Shown one piece after another: positions 1-8,530 of a stretch of DNA of 41,858 nt (the first letter of the stretch is position 1; every line of letters starts with the position of its first letter). Made by a program: the position numbers and the translations under genes. This DNA is from an uncultured archaeon (GTDB lineage: Archaea > Iainarchaeota > Iainarchaeia > Iainarchaeales > GCA-2688035). The notes beneath the pieces are model-generated. The model had not been told where the DNA came from. It saw only the letters and a list, made by a program, of their open reading frames with translations, and searched no databases. The stretch spans positions 1 through 41,858 of the forward strand of contig CAYHBD010000047.1 in the NCBI GenBank assembly GCA_964354805.1, in the 5' to 3' direction.

Positions 1-2
1 AG

Positions 3-590
3 TTGTTCTCTCTGCTTATTGCATTGCTTTTGCTTAGCTTTGTTTCTTTTTCCCCGCTGTTTGTTCACTACGGCCAGCCGCTGGTTGCAAGCGAAATAAG
101 CCAGAGTGTTTTAAGCCAGACAAGGCAGGTTGCAAAGGAACCGCCCCCAAAAAGCACCCTCTACTTGTTGAATTACCCAAGGTTTTATGTTTCAATGGAT
201 AACCAACTATGGATGTCAATTGTTTTGTTTGACGAGGCATCAGTGCAAATATTTCTTGATTACCTTTTGCCTGAAGAAAAGTACAAAGTGCTTTTGCTTT
301 CAGAGAGCACTGTTTTCGCTTCAATGGATGAAAACCAGTTCGATTTAAGTTCAAAGGACAACTGCGTTTTCTTAATAGAAAATAATGCCAGGGACAGGGC
401 GCGGCTTAGCCCTGCATATCTTTGGGAGCAGGGAAAAGAAGAACAAACAGGCATAATGGTAGACCTCAACAGGAACGAAGAAGCTGAAACAATCCAAATA
501 ACAATGCCGGAGCAGCTGTGCGAAAACGCGTTCTTCCTGTTCTTCAACGGCAAGCAAGTGCAGGCAATCAATGCAGGTGCTGTCAGGTAA
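3..590 (+). CDS. 5'-truncated membrane-associated hypothetical protein (possibly the C-terminus of a glycosylation-cluster membrane protein)
   Basis: Frame is open from the window edge, with an N-terminal hydrophobic helix then a soluble domain; lies upstream of GT2. Confidence 0.6.
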   Translation: MFSLLIALLLLSFVSFSPLFVHYGQPLVASEISQSVLSQTRQVAKEPPPKSTLYLLNYPRFYVSMDNQLWMSIVLFDEASVQIFLDYLLPEEKYKVLLLSESTVFASMDENQFDLSSKDNCVFLIENNARDRARLSPAYLWEQGKEEQTGIMVDLNRNEEAETIQITMPEQLCENAFFLFFNGKQVQAINAGAVR

Positions 591-688
591 AGCGTGCTGA
601 ATGATTCAGGAAGCAGTCAGAGGCATTCAACAGCCCAAGCAATTGCTCAATATATTATAAACGGTTTCCATCCAATTTTTTTGATATA

Positions 689-1411
689 ATGCCTCAACTA
701 AAATCCGCTGAATTTGCTGTTGCCGGGAAATTTCCTGAGCAAAAAGTTACTGCAGTGATTCCGGCATTCAACGAGGAGAAAACCATCGGCAAGGTAATAG
801 CAGAAGCCAAGCCTTTCTGCGATGATGCCATTGTAGCTCTTGCAAAAAAGAGCAGTGACCGTACAGCCAAAATAGCTGCTGCAATGGGGGCCAGAGTAAT
901 AAAAGACAACGGTGGTGGAAAAGGGGATGGCATGCTGTGTGCAATGAAGGAAATCGCAGACGGCATAATTGTTTTTATTGACGCGGACGGTAGTCACATT
1001 CCAAGTGATATACCAAAGCTGGTGAAGCCGATAAAGGCTGGAAAGGCAGATCTTGTCATAGGCAGCAGATTTTTGGGTGGATCGGAGGAACTGCATGGTG
1101 ATTTCAGCAAATTCCTGCGGATGTTTTTCTCAATGTGCATTACCCAGATAATAAATTGGAGGTTTAAGAAGGCACTGGGAGACAGCCAGAATGGTTTTAG
1201 GGCAATCACAGCAAAAGCAGCAAAAAATTTGCAATTAAGGTCAAAGCACACAGAGATAGAAACCGAGATGGTAATGCGCTGCTTTAAGAAGGGCTACAGG
1301 GTTTTGGAGGTTCCTTCGCTTGAGTTGAAAAGGGCATTCGGCAAATCAAACATAAGCCTGGCAAGGCATAGCTGGAGATATGCTTGGGCAGTATTCAGAA
1401 ATCTGTTATGA
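689..1411 (+). CDS. GT2 glycosyltransferase, DPM1-like (polyprenol-phosphate sugar synthase family)
   Basis: VIPAFNEE, GKG, DADGSH DxD motif, LVIGSRF, DSQNGFRA. Confidence 0.9.
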   Translation: MPQLKSAEFAVAGKFPEQKVTAVIPAFNEEKTIGKVIAEAKPFCDDAIVALAKKSSDRTAKIAAAMGARVIKDNGGGKGDGMLCAMKEIADGIIVFIDADGSHIPSDIPKLVKPIKAGKADLVIGSRFLGGSEELHGDFSKFLRMFFSMCITQIINWRFKKALGDSQNGFRAITAKAAKNLQLRSKHTEIETEMVMRCFKKGYRVLEVPSLELKRAFGKSNISLARHSWRYAWAVFRNLL

Positions 1412-1557
1412 GCGCATATTTGGTTTTAATTGTAATTGAATTTGGTGCGTTGGTGTTTTTTTGGGGTTGTTATGGGTGGAAAGTTTGGTATTGGGCATGG
1501 CTGAATTTGGTGCGTTAGAGCTTTTTGGGGGCTGTTATGAGTGCAAAAGTTTTGGTG
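1403..1557 (+). repeat. Degenerate ~65-bp tandem triplication of the GT2/radical SAM junction
   Basis: YTGTTATGRGY at 1403, 1467 and 1532; TGAATTTGGTGCGTT at 1437 and 1502. Confidence 0.75.
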
Positions 1558-2913
1558 TTAAATCCGCCTGCTGAAAAAGCAAGATTCAGCAGGGATGGGC
1601 GTTGCCAAAGCAAAGAGAACGCGTGGCTGGATACTTTTCCGCCAACAGGCATTGCAAGCATTGCAGGCGCAGTAAGGGGGCGGTATGAAACAAAGGTGTT
1701 GGACTGCATTGGAGCCAGAGTTGGTTTTGATGAGTGCATCAAGCAAGCAGTGGAATTCAATCCTGATTTCACTGTAGTTAATACAGCTACCCCCACCATA
1801 GCAAGTGATATGCAGGCAGCAAAGGCAATAAAAGAAAGAACCGGTTCAAAAATCATTGCATTCGGACCTCACATAACCGCCTGTTATAAAGAAATGCTGA
1901 AAGAATTTTCGCAGCTCGATTTCGCTGTTCTCGGCGAACCAGAAACGCCTATACTGAACATACTCGCAGGAAAGCAAAAAGCAAAAGGTGTTGCAACAAG
2001 AAAATTTGATGGCGGAACATGGCAGGAACCTGATTTGGATGCGCTTCCATTTCCAGCATATGATTTGCTGCCCACTTACACATATCCTTTAACCGGGGAA
2101 AAATGGGTGTTTGTAAGAAGCGGCAGGGGCTGCCCTTTCAACTGCAGCTACTGTGTAATGCCTATGATGTGCAACAGGAGCTTGAGATACCATTCGCCTG
2201 ATTACATGATAAAGCAAATTAAATGGCTGGTTAACAGCCTCGGCATCAGGCTTCTTATGCTTTGGGATGAGCTGGCTACTTTTGATAAAAAGAGAATGCT
2301 TAACCTATGTGAAAAAATTGTCAAAGAGGGCCTGCATAAAAAATGCAGGTGGTTCTGCACAACAAGGGTTGACTGTTTTGATGCTGAATTAGCCGAAAAC
2401 ATGAGGAAAGCAGGCTGCGAAATGATTTCATTTGGCATAGAGTCAGGTTGCCAAGCTGTTCTCGACAGAAACAAAAAGGGCATAACAATTGAGCAGGCAC
2501 TGAATGCAGTGAAGGCAGCCAAAAGCAGTGGCATGAAAACAATCGGGCACTTCATAATAGGATTGCCAGGCTCATCTCCAAAAACCGAGCTTGCATCCAT
2601 ACTACTTGCCAAAAAATTAAAGCTAAATTTCGCCCAGTTTTACATTGCAACGCCTTTTCCTGGAAGCGAATTTTACAAGCAGGCGGTCGAAAACAAATGG
2701 CTTGCCAGTGTAGGCTGGAGCCATATTGAGCAGGGCAGTGTTGCTGTATCATATCCTTCCTTTTCCGCAGAGGAAATAGAAAAATGGAAAAACAAAGCAT
2801 ACGCAAGCTTTTACCTCAGACCATACGCTGCCTATTCCCTCTTAAGCAGCATGTCTGTGAAAAAACTATTCTGGCTTCCGAAATATGTGCTGGCTTTCTT
2901 CGGCGGAATGTGA
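1537..2913 (+). CDS. B12-binding-domain radical SAM protein
   Basis: N-terminal LNPP...PPTG, GPH, GEPE cobalamin-domain motifs; RGCPFNCSYC; FGIESG; FIIGLP; ATPFPGS. Confidence 0.9.
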   Translation: MSAKVLVLNPPAEKARFSRDGRCQSKENAWLDTFPPTGIASIAGAVRGRYETKVLDCIGARVGFDECIKQAVEFNPDFTVVNTATPTIASDMQAAKAIKERTGSKIIAFGPHITACYKEMLKEFSQLDFAVLGEPETPILNILAGKQKAKGVATRKFDGGTWQEPDLDALPFPAYDLLPTYTYPLTGEKWVFVRSGRGCPFNCSYCVMPMMCNRSLRYHSPDYMIKQIKWLVNSLGIRLLMLWDELATFDKKRMLNLCEKIVKEGLHKKCRWFCTTRVDCFDAELAENMRKAGCEMISFGIESGCQAVLDRNKKGITIEQALNAVKAAKSSGMKTIGHFIIGLPGSSPKTELASILLAKKLKLNFAQFYIATPFPGSEFYKQAVENKWLASVGWSHIEQGSVAVSYPSFSAEEIEKWKNKAYASFYLRPYAAYSLLSSMSVKKLFWLPKYVLAFFGGM

Positions 2914-2933
2914 ATATCTGTTTTCTTGCTCTT

Positions 2934-3103
2934 GGCAAGCTTTAAATTGGAATTCCCTTTTTTCCTTTTCTGGGCAAGCCTTGAATTGCAATTGCTCTTT
3001 TTTCCAGGCTTTCCTGTTTTGTGCAAGCTTTAAATTCAAGAAAGCAATTAATAATAGCAGCAAAAACGCCCTAAATGCAGGGCGGCTTTAAATTCAGGAA
3101 AGC
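2934..3103 (+). repeat. Four degenerate copies of a GCAAGCTTTAAATT motif; the last copy is positioned as the galT TATA box
   Basis: Copies near 2934, 2973, 3022 and 3082; TTTAAAT at 3087-3093 lies ~35 nt before ATG 3128. Confidence 0.65.
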
Positions 3104-3127
3104 CATATTATAACAAGGTGTACAGCG

Positions 3128-4093
3128 ATGCACGAACTGCGCAAGGACTATATTTTTGATCGCTGGGTTATTGTAAGCACCCACAGGGCAAAAAGGCCGA
3201 GAGACTTCATTAAGCAGCACCCGAAAATTAAAGAGAAAGGGAAATGCCCTTTCTGCCCCGGCAACGAGGCAATGACCCCGCCTGAGATTGCAAGAGTGGA
3301 AGAAAAAGGAAAATGGGTTCTGCGCTGCTTTGAAAACAAGTTCCCTGCAGTAACAATGCACGGCAGCCCCTCATTAAAAACAAAAGGCGTTTTTTTCACA
3401 AAAGGAAGCGCTTTCGGAAAGCACGAAGTGATTGTTGAAACGCCGCTGCACAAGCAGCAGTTCTATCAGCTGCCTGTTGAAAGGATTGCAAATTATCTGC
3501 AGCTTTTGTTCAAAAGAAGAAGCGCTTTGTACAAGCTGCCAGGCATTCGCTTTGTTGCAATGTTCAAAAACCACGGCCTGGAGGCAGGCACTTCCCTTGC
3601 GCACGAGCACACGCAGATGATTGCGTACAATCTTCTGCCAGGCAACATTGAAAGGGAAATTGAAGCGATTGCCGCTTACAAAAAAAAGCACGGGCAGTGC
3701 CCTTACTGCAGGGTTCTTGAGTTGGAGAGAAAGAGCAGCAGGAGAATTGCTGAAAACGATTCTTTCTTCGCTTTCACTCCATATGCCTCAATCTTTGAGT
3801 TTGAGGCAGGCATTTTCAGCAAAAATCACATTGACAGCTTTTCCGAACTGAATGGAAAGGAATTGCTTGATTTGGCAAAATTGATTAAAAAACTCTTATC
3901 CCGTTTGGCGCAATTGCAGGCTCCATACAACATGTACTTCCATGAAGCGCCGAAGGGAAAAAAGCAGCACATTCACGTAAAGATCGTTCCCCGCTTCATC
4001 ACTTGGGGCGGCTTTGAGCACTGCACTGGCTGCATAATAAATACTGTTTCGCCGGAGCAGGCAGCGGCATTTTACAGTGGAAAAGCAAAATAA
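3128..4093 (+). CDS. galT: Galactose-1-phosphate uridylyltransferase (GalT/HIT family)
   Basis: ELRKD..RWVI...RAKRP, CPFCPGNE, NKFP, HEVIVET, FKNHG..AGTSLAHEHTQ (HxHxQ). Confidence 0.9.
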   Translation: MHELRKDYIFDRWVIVSTHRAKRPRDFIKQHPKIKEKGKCPFCPGNEAMTPPEIARVEEKGKWVLRCFENKFPAVTMHGSPSLKTKGVFFTKGSAFGKHEVIVETPLHKQQFYQLPVERIANYLQLLFKRRSALYKLPGIRFVAMFKNHGLEAGTSLAHEHTQMIAYNLLPGNIEREIEAIAAYKKKHGQCPYCRVLELERKSSRRIAENDSFFAFTPYASIFEFEAGIFSKNHIDSFSELNGKELLDLAKLIKKLLSRLAQLQAPYNMYFHEAPKGKKQHIHVKIVPRFITWGGFEHCTGCIINTVSPEQAAAFYSGKAK

Positions 4094-4106
4094 CTGGGCT
4101 GGTTTC

Positions 4107-4206
4107 TTAGGCCATGAAGAACTCGAATGCCTTCAAGCTGCTGTCCAAGTTTTTGTGCCTTTCGCAATTAAGCCATGAAGAAGCGGAATACATTCAAGCC
4201 GCCGCC
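4107..4206 (-). repeat. Echo of the 3' end of gene 4168-5346, offset 61 bp
   Basis: 4107-4145 matches 4168-4206 at about 30/39 nt; reads DSSLKAFEFFMA* vs GGGLNVFRFFMA*. Confidence 0.75.
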
Positions 4207-5346
4207 GTCGCAGTAGTCTTCAACCAAAACATAGATGTCGTTCCATTCCCCGATTTTGAACTGCCCTGATGCTGTTAGTTCAACAGGCCAGATGCACCAG
4301 CCATCGCTTTCACTGCAGCCATCGCAGTGCCTTATCACTTCCTTGTTCTGCTGCCCTGTTGTACCGCCCATTGAAAGCAGCTGGCCGTTTACATAAAAAT
4401 AAAAGTTGTCGTTGATGCAGATGCCATTTGTTACCCGCTCGCTACCTCCACCCGGCGGGTTAAAGGATGCGTTGCCAACCAAGTAAAGTTTCTTGTCTCC
4501 AAAAAAAGGGCTCATCTTCAACCTTGCGTGATACCAGCCGTGCGCTAATTTGCTTGCGTTCTTCTTGCAGTGGGTGTTTCCAAATCCGCCGTTGGTGCAG
4601 CCCCCATGTGAGCATCCAGTGTCACATCCTACCGGCAGGCTCCATGTTTCATAAGCTGCTGCCGGAATGAAATTTATTTCCCCCGGGTTTGGAACCACTG
4701 CTGGGCATGTTCCATTGAATGAGCCGATTTTTGCGCCGTTTTCATTTTTTAATGGATTCGGGCTAAAAGCGCTTCTTTCCCATGCTGTTGACTCATAGCC
4801 TTGGCTGACCGAGGAAAAAAATCCTGTTATTTGCCCGTTTTCGTTCCTTTGCATGCCGAATTGGTCAATGAAGCCGATTGAGTCATTGAACTGGAAGTAT
4901 TGGCCAATTGTTTTTGCGCAATCCAGATTGATGTCGCCGCTGATTATGAATCTTTCAAATCGTCCAACGCCGAATTTCTGCCCAACAACAGTTCCGGTGC
5001 ATGCCACACCGTTTGAGCTGATTTCATACGATTCAATTGTTACTGGTGTTTTTGGCCTTAGAATCAATGCAAACTTGTTCGGCATCAGGGCGGAATCGCT
5101 GCCGCTTACCTCAAAGCCGTCTATTAAAAAATTCTGTGAAAAAGAATGCCGCTCTGTCCTGGCAGAGCTAGGATTGAACACAAGCACAAACACGCCTATG
5201 ATGGTTACAACCAGCACAAGCGCCCAGCCGTAAGTTAGCAAATACTCCAAGCCGGCCTGGGTAATGCTTCTGTTTTTTTGCAGCGCCTTGCCGCCCTTTT
5301 TTGGCTGTTGCAAAATTTTTGCTTTTTCCTTGGTTTTCTGTTTCAT
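4168..5346 (-). CDS. Class III signal (type IV pilin-like) protein with a Cys-rich, galactose-binding-like C-terminal domain
   Basis: QAGLEYLLTYGWALVLV N-terminus shared with the 13.9-17.6 kb array; C-terminal INDNFYFYVNG and NDIYVLVEDYCDGGG resemble sugar-binding jelly-rolls; exact start uncertain. Confidence 0.75.
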   Translation of the reverse strand: MKQKTKEKAKILQQPKKGGKALQKNRSITQAGLEYLLTYGWALVLVVTIIGVFVLVFNPSSARTERHSFSQNFLIDGFEVSGSDSALMPNKFALILRPKTPVTIESYEISSNGVACTGTVVGQKFGVGRFERFIISGDINLDCAKTIGQYFQFNDSIGFIDQFGMQRNENGQITGFFSSVSQGYESTAWERSAFSPNPLKNENGAKIGSFNGTCPAVVPNPGEINFIPAAAYETWSLPVGCDTGCSHGGCTNGGFGNTHCKKNASKLAHGWYHARLKMSPFFGDKKLYLVGNASFNPPGGGSERVTNGICINDNFYFYVNGQLLSMGGTTGQQNKEVIRHCDGCSESDGWCIWPVELTASGQFKIGEWNDIYVLVEDYCDGGGLNVFRFFMA

Positions 5347-5421
5347 GCAGCTAACATAATTGTTTTTAACCTTTTTAAGTTTAATTAAGTTAATGGTGTT
5401 TTGGCAATAAAGGTGAAAAGC

Positions 5422-6810
5422 ATGGTTGAATTGGAAAAAACAATGTTCAGGGCATATGATATCAGGGGCCAGGTTAATGAAAAGGAATTAAGCGCAGATG
5501 CAATGCGTTTCATTGCAAAGGGCTTTGCAAAAATGCTTGTTGCAAAGAAAGTACATCAGTGCGTTGTTGGAATGGATGCAAGGCCCTACAACAGCGAATT
5601 GCACAAGGCATTGGTTGACGGCTTGGTCAGCAGCGGGATTGATGTAATCGACCTTGGCATGGTTACTACCCCAATGGCATATTTTGCCCAGTGGCATTTG
5701 AATGTGAAGGGAATTGCAATGATTACCGCTTCCCACAACCCGAACGGCTGGAGCGGGCTGAAGATTGGTTATGATAAAAGCAGCACTTTTTTGCCGCAGG
5801 ATATGGAACAATTGTATAAAATAATCCTGCAGGAAAAATTTGTTGAAGGCAAGGGAAAAGTTGAAGAAAAAAATATTGACAAAGCTTATGTTGAAGAAAT
5901 TGCAAGGAAAACAAAATTAAAGCGCAGCCTGCGGGTTGTGCTGAATTGCAGGAATGGCGTTGCTGGCAAGATCGCGCCCCAAGTGCTGCGGGCAATCGGC
6001 TGCAATGTGATTGAGCAATACTGTGATGTTGATGATTCCTATCCGCATGGTGTTGCGAACCCGAGCCTTGACGCAATGCTGCAGGAGCTCGGCGATTTGG
6101 TTGCAAAAGAAAAAGCTGACTTGGGCATAGCAATTGATGCTGATGGCGACAGGATTGGCGCAGTGGATGAAAAAGGACAGATAATTTATCCTGACAGGAT
6201 GCTGGTTTTGCTTGCGAGGAATTTGTTAAAGAGCTATCCAAAAAGCAAGATTGTTTTTGATGTGAAGTCAAGCCAGGCTGTTGCCGAGGACGTTAAAGCG
6301 CACGGCGGCATTCCAGTAATGGCAATAACAGGGCACAGCTATATCAAGCAAAAGGTTCAGGAAACAAAAGCAGCTTTGGGCGGAGAGCGTTCAGGGCACA
6401 TGTTTTTTGTGAAGGATTGGTATGGCTTTGATGATGCCTGCCTTGCTGCAGCAAGGTTTTTGGAATACGTGAGCAGTGAAAGCAAATGCTTGTCCGAAAT
6501 AATGCAAACTGTTCCGAAATATTACAGCAGCCCGGTAATTCATGCCCCCTGCCCTGATGAAATAAAGTATCAGGTTCTGAAAAAGGTGGTTGCTTTTTTG
6601 AAGAAGAAATACCCGAATGTGATTGACATTGATGGCGCCAAAGTTATTTTTCCTGACAGCTGGTTTTTGGTTAGGGCAAGCAGCAACCTGCCAGTGCTTG
6701 TGGTTGGCTTTGAGGCAAAAACAAGGGAAAGGATGCAGGAATTGGAGCAATTGGTCAGGAAAGAGCTTGCCAACTTCCCAGAAATAGGCAAAGAGTGGAG
6801 GAACGGCTGA
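5422..6810 (+). CDS. Phosphomannomutase/phosphoglucomutase
   Basis: FRAYDIRG, ITASHNP, DADGDR, GERSGH, RASSN; RBS AGGTGA before ATG 5422. Confidence 0.95.
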   Translation: MVELEKTMFRAYDIRGQVNEKELSADAMRFIAKGFAKMLVAKKVHQCVVGMDARPYNSELHKALVDGLVSSGIDVIDLGMVTTPMAYFAQWHLNVKGIAMITASHNPNGWSGLKIGYDKSSTFLPQDMEQLYKIILQEKFVEGKGKVEEKNIDKAYVEEIARKTKLKRSLRVVLNCRNGVAGKIAPQVLRAIGCNVIEQYCDVDDSYPHGVANPSLDAMLQELGDLVAKEKADLGIAIDADGDRIGAVDEKGQIIYPDRMLVLLARNLLKSYPKSKIVFDVKSSQAVAEDVKAHGGIPVMAITGHSYIKQKVQETKAALGGERSGHMFFVKDWYGFDDACLAAARFLEYVSSESKCLSEIMQTVPKYYSSPVIHAPCPDEIKYQVLKKVVAFLKKKYPNVIDIDGAKVIFPDSWFLVRASSNLPVLVVGFEAKTRERMQELEQLVRKELANFPEIGKEWRNG

Positions 6811-6862
6811 GGGATTGCGGAGCTTTTCTGAAATTTTGGGAAAAGAGTGGAGGAACGGGTAA
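6787..6862 (+). repeat. Echo of the PMM 3' end, offset 52 bp
   Basis: GGC AAA GAG TGG AGG AAC GGC TGA vs GGA AAA GAG TGG AGG AAC GGG TAA; both read GKEWRNG*. Confidence 0.85.
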
Positions 6863-6934
6863 TTTTATCGGGGGCCAGTTGTTAAATACTTTTAAATAGA
6901 AGAAATAGCAATAAATACGTAAAGTGCAAGTGAA

Positions 6935-7345
6935 ATGTTTCCAATACTAATAGCGGCAGAAAATGTAGTTTACAATATAATTTTTGACCCGGTAACAATT
7001 ATCCTTTTTGTTATACTCATAGCAATAGCATTTCTTATTATTAGAAAACATGGCTGGAAAGCATTTTTAGTTTTTCAGCTTTTCGGGATACCAACCCACA
7101 ATCTTACAACGAGAAAATTTTTAGTTTTGCTGGTTTTTGGCGCGATACTAAGCATTATCTTATACTGTGTTATTTATTTGATTCTACCCTACCTCTGGGA
7201 AGAAGGCATCATATCAACCCCCGTGTATGGTCAACTATTAATTGCGATCTCCATTATAGTACTAGCAATAGTATTATTCCTTGGATATAAAGCAAGGACA
7301 AAAAATAGTATTTTATCACGCGTTTTTGGCCCGCCAAAAGAATGA
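6935..7345 (+). CDS. Hypothetical membrane protein (~3-4 TM), AT-rich
   Basis: Hydrophobic helices, upstream TTTAAATA box, codon usage unlike neighbours. Confidence 0.7.
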   Translation: MFPILIAAENVVYNIIFDPVTIILFVILIAIAFLIIRKHGWKAFLVFQLFGIPTHNLTTRKFLVLLVFGAILSIILYCVIYLILPYLWEEGIISTPVYGQLLIAISIIVLAIVLFLGYKARTKNSILSRVFGPPKE

Positions 7346-7470
7346 AAAGAGGCATTTTAAGTGCCTATGGGCACGGAGATATTCAACAGCCTCTTTGGGA
7401 GAAAGGCAATTATTAAAAACAATTAGTTTCTAATTCTATCAGTTCCTTGGTTTTTTTTGGGGTGGTTTGC

Positions 7471-8475
7471 TTGGTTAAGGTTGGGATTAATGGTTTTGGC
7501 AGGATTGGAAGGCAGGCATTCAAGGCAATGCTTGCAAACAAAAAAATTGATGTTGTTGCAATAAATGATTTGACTGATGCTAAAACATTGGCGCATTTGC
7601 TCCAATTTGACAGCGTTTACGGAAAATTCGCCGGAAAGATTCAAACAGATTCCAATGGCCTGATTGTGGACGGAAAGAAGGTAAGAACTCTCGCGGAACG
7701 AGATCCCACAAAGCTGCCCTGGAAAGATCTGGGCGTTGAAATTGTTTTGGAATCAACAGGCATTTTCAGGACAGCAGAGCAGGCAGGAATGCATTTAAGT
7801 GCGGGAGCAAAAAAGGTGATAATAAGCGCTCCGCCAAAGGACGAAGCAGGGGCACAATTCATCCTGAACATGAACACCGACAAGTATGACCCCAAAAAAG
7901 ACCATGTGCTAAGCATGGCTTCTTGCACAACAAACTGCCTTGCCCCAATGGTAAAGGTATTGCTTGATGGCATTGGGATTGAATCAGGCTTTATGACAAC
8001 TGTCCACGCTTACACTGCAGACCAAATGCTTGTTGACGGGCCGCACAAGGATTTGAGGAGAGCAAGGTCTGCAGCAATAAATGTTATTCCAACAAGCACC
8101 GGCGCAGCAAAAGCGATTGGAGCGATTTTTCCAGAGCTGAAGGGAAAGCTGGATGGAATCGCATTGAGGGTTCCTGTTCCAACCGGAAGCATTACAGATT
8201 TCACCTGCGTAACAAAAAGGGAAACAAGCGCCGAAGAGGTCAACGGCTTGTTCAAAAAAGCAGCCCATGGAGCGCTAAGCAAAAACCTGGAATACAGCGA
8301 GGAAGAGATTGTAAGCAGCGATGTAATAGGCGATCCTCATGGATGCATTTTTGACAGCAAGCTGACAAAAGTCAGCGGCAGGCTGGTGAAAGTTTTGGGC
8401 TGGTATGACAACGAGTGGGGCTACAGCGCGCTGCTTGGGGACTTCATCCAGTTCATCGCAAGCAAGGGGCTGTAG
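7471..8475 (+). CDS. gap: Type I (bacterial-type) glyceraldehyde-3-phosphate dehydrogenase
   Basis: GINGFGRIGR, ASCTTNCL, WYDNEWGY; TTG start after a GGGGTGG RBS. Confidence 0.95.
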   Translation: MVKVGINGFGRIGRQAFKAMLANKKIDVVAINDLTDAKTLAHLLQFDSVYGKFAGKIQTDSNGLIVDGKKVRTLAERDPTKLPWKDLGVEIVLESTGIFRTAEQAGMHLSAGAKKVIISAPPKDEAGAQFILNMNTDKYDPKKDHVLSMASCTTNCLAPMVKVLLDGIGIESGFMTTVHAYTADQMLVDGPHKDLRRARSAAINVIPTSTGAAKAIGAIFPELKGKLDGIALRVPVPTGSITDFTCVTKRETSAEEVNGLFKKAAHGALSKNLEYSEEEIVSSDVIGDPHGCIFDSKLTKVSGRLVKVLGWYDNEWGYSALLGDFIQFIASKGL

Positions 8476-8530
8476 GGGCTTGGCTTGGTTCATTGCAAGT
8501 CGGAGTTATAACTAAAAGAGGTGGGCGAAA

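Noticed and set aside
562-630. Echo of the first ORF's 3' end (AGGCAATCAA/AGGCATTCAA)
   Set aside because: Only ~10 nt of similarity; too weak to count
2934-3103. CRISPR mini-array
   Set aside because: Repeats are short, degenerate and irregularly spaced; no cas genes
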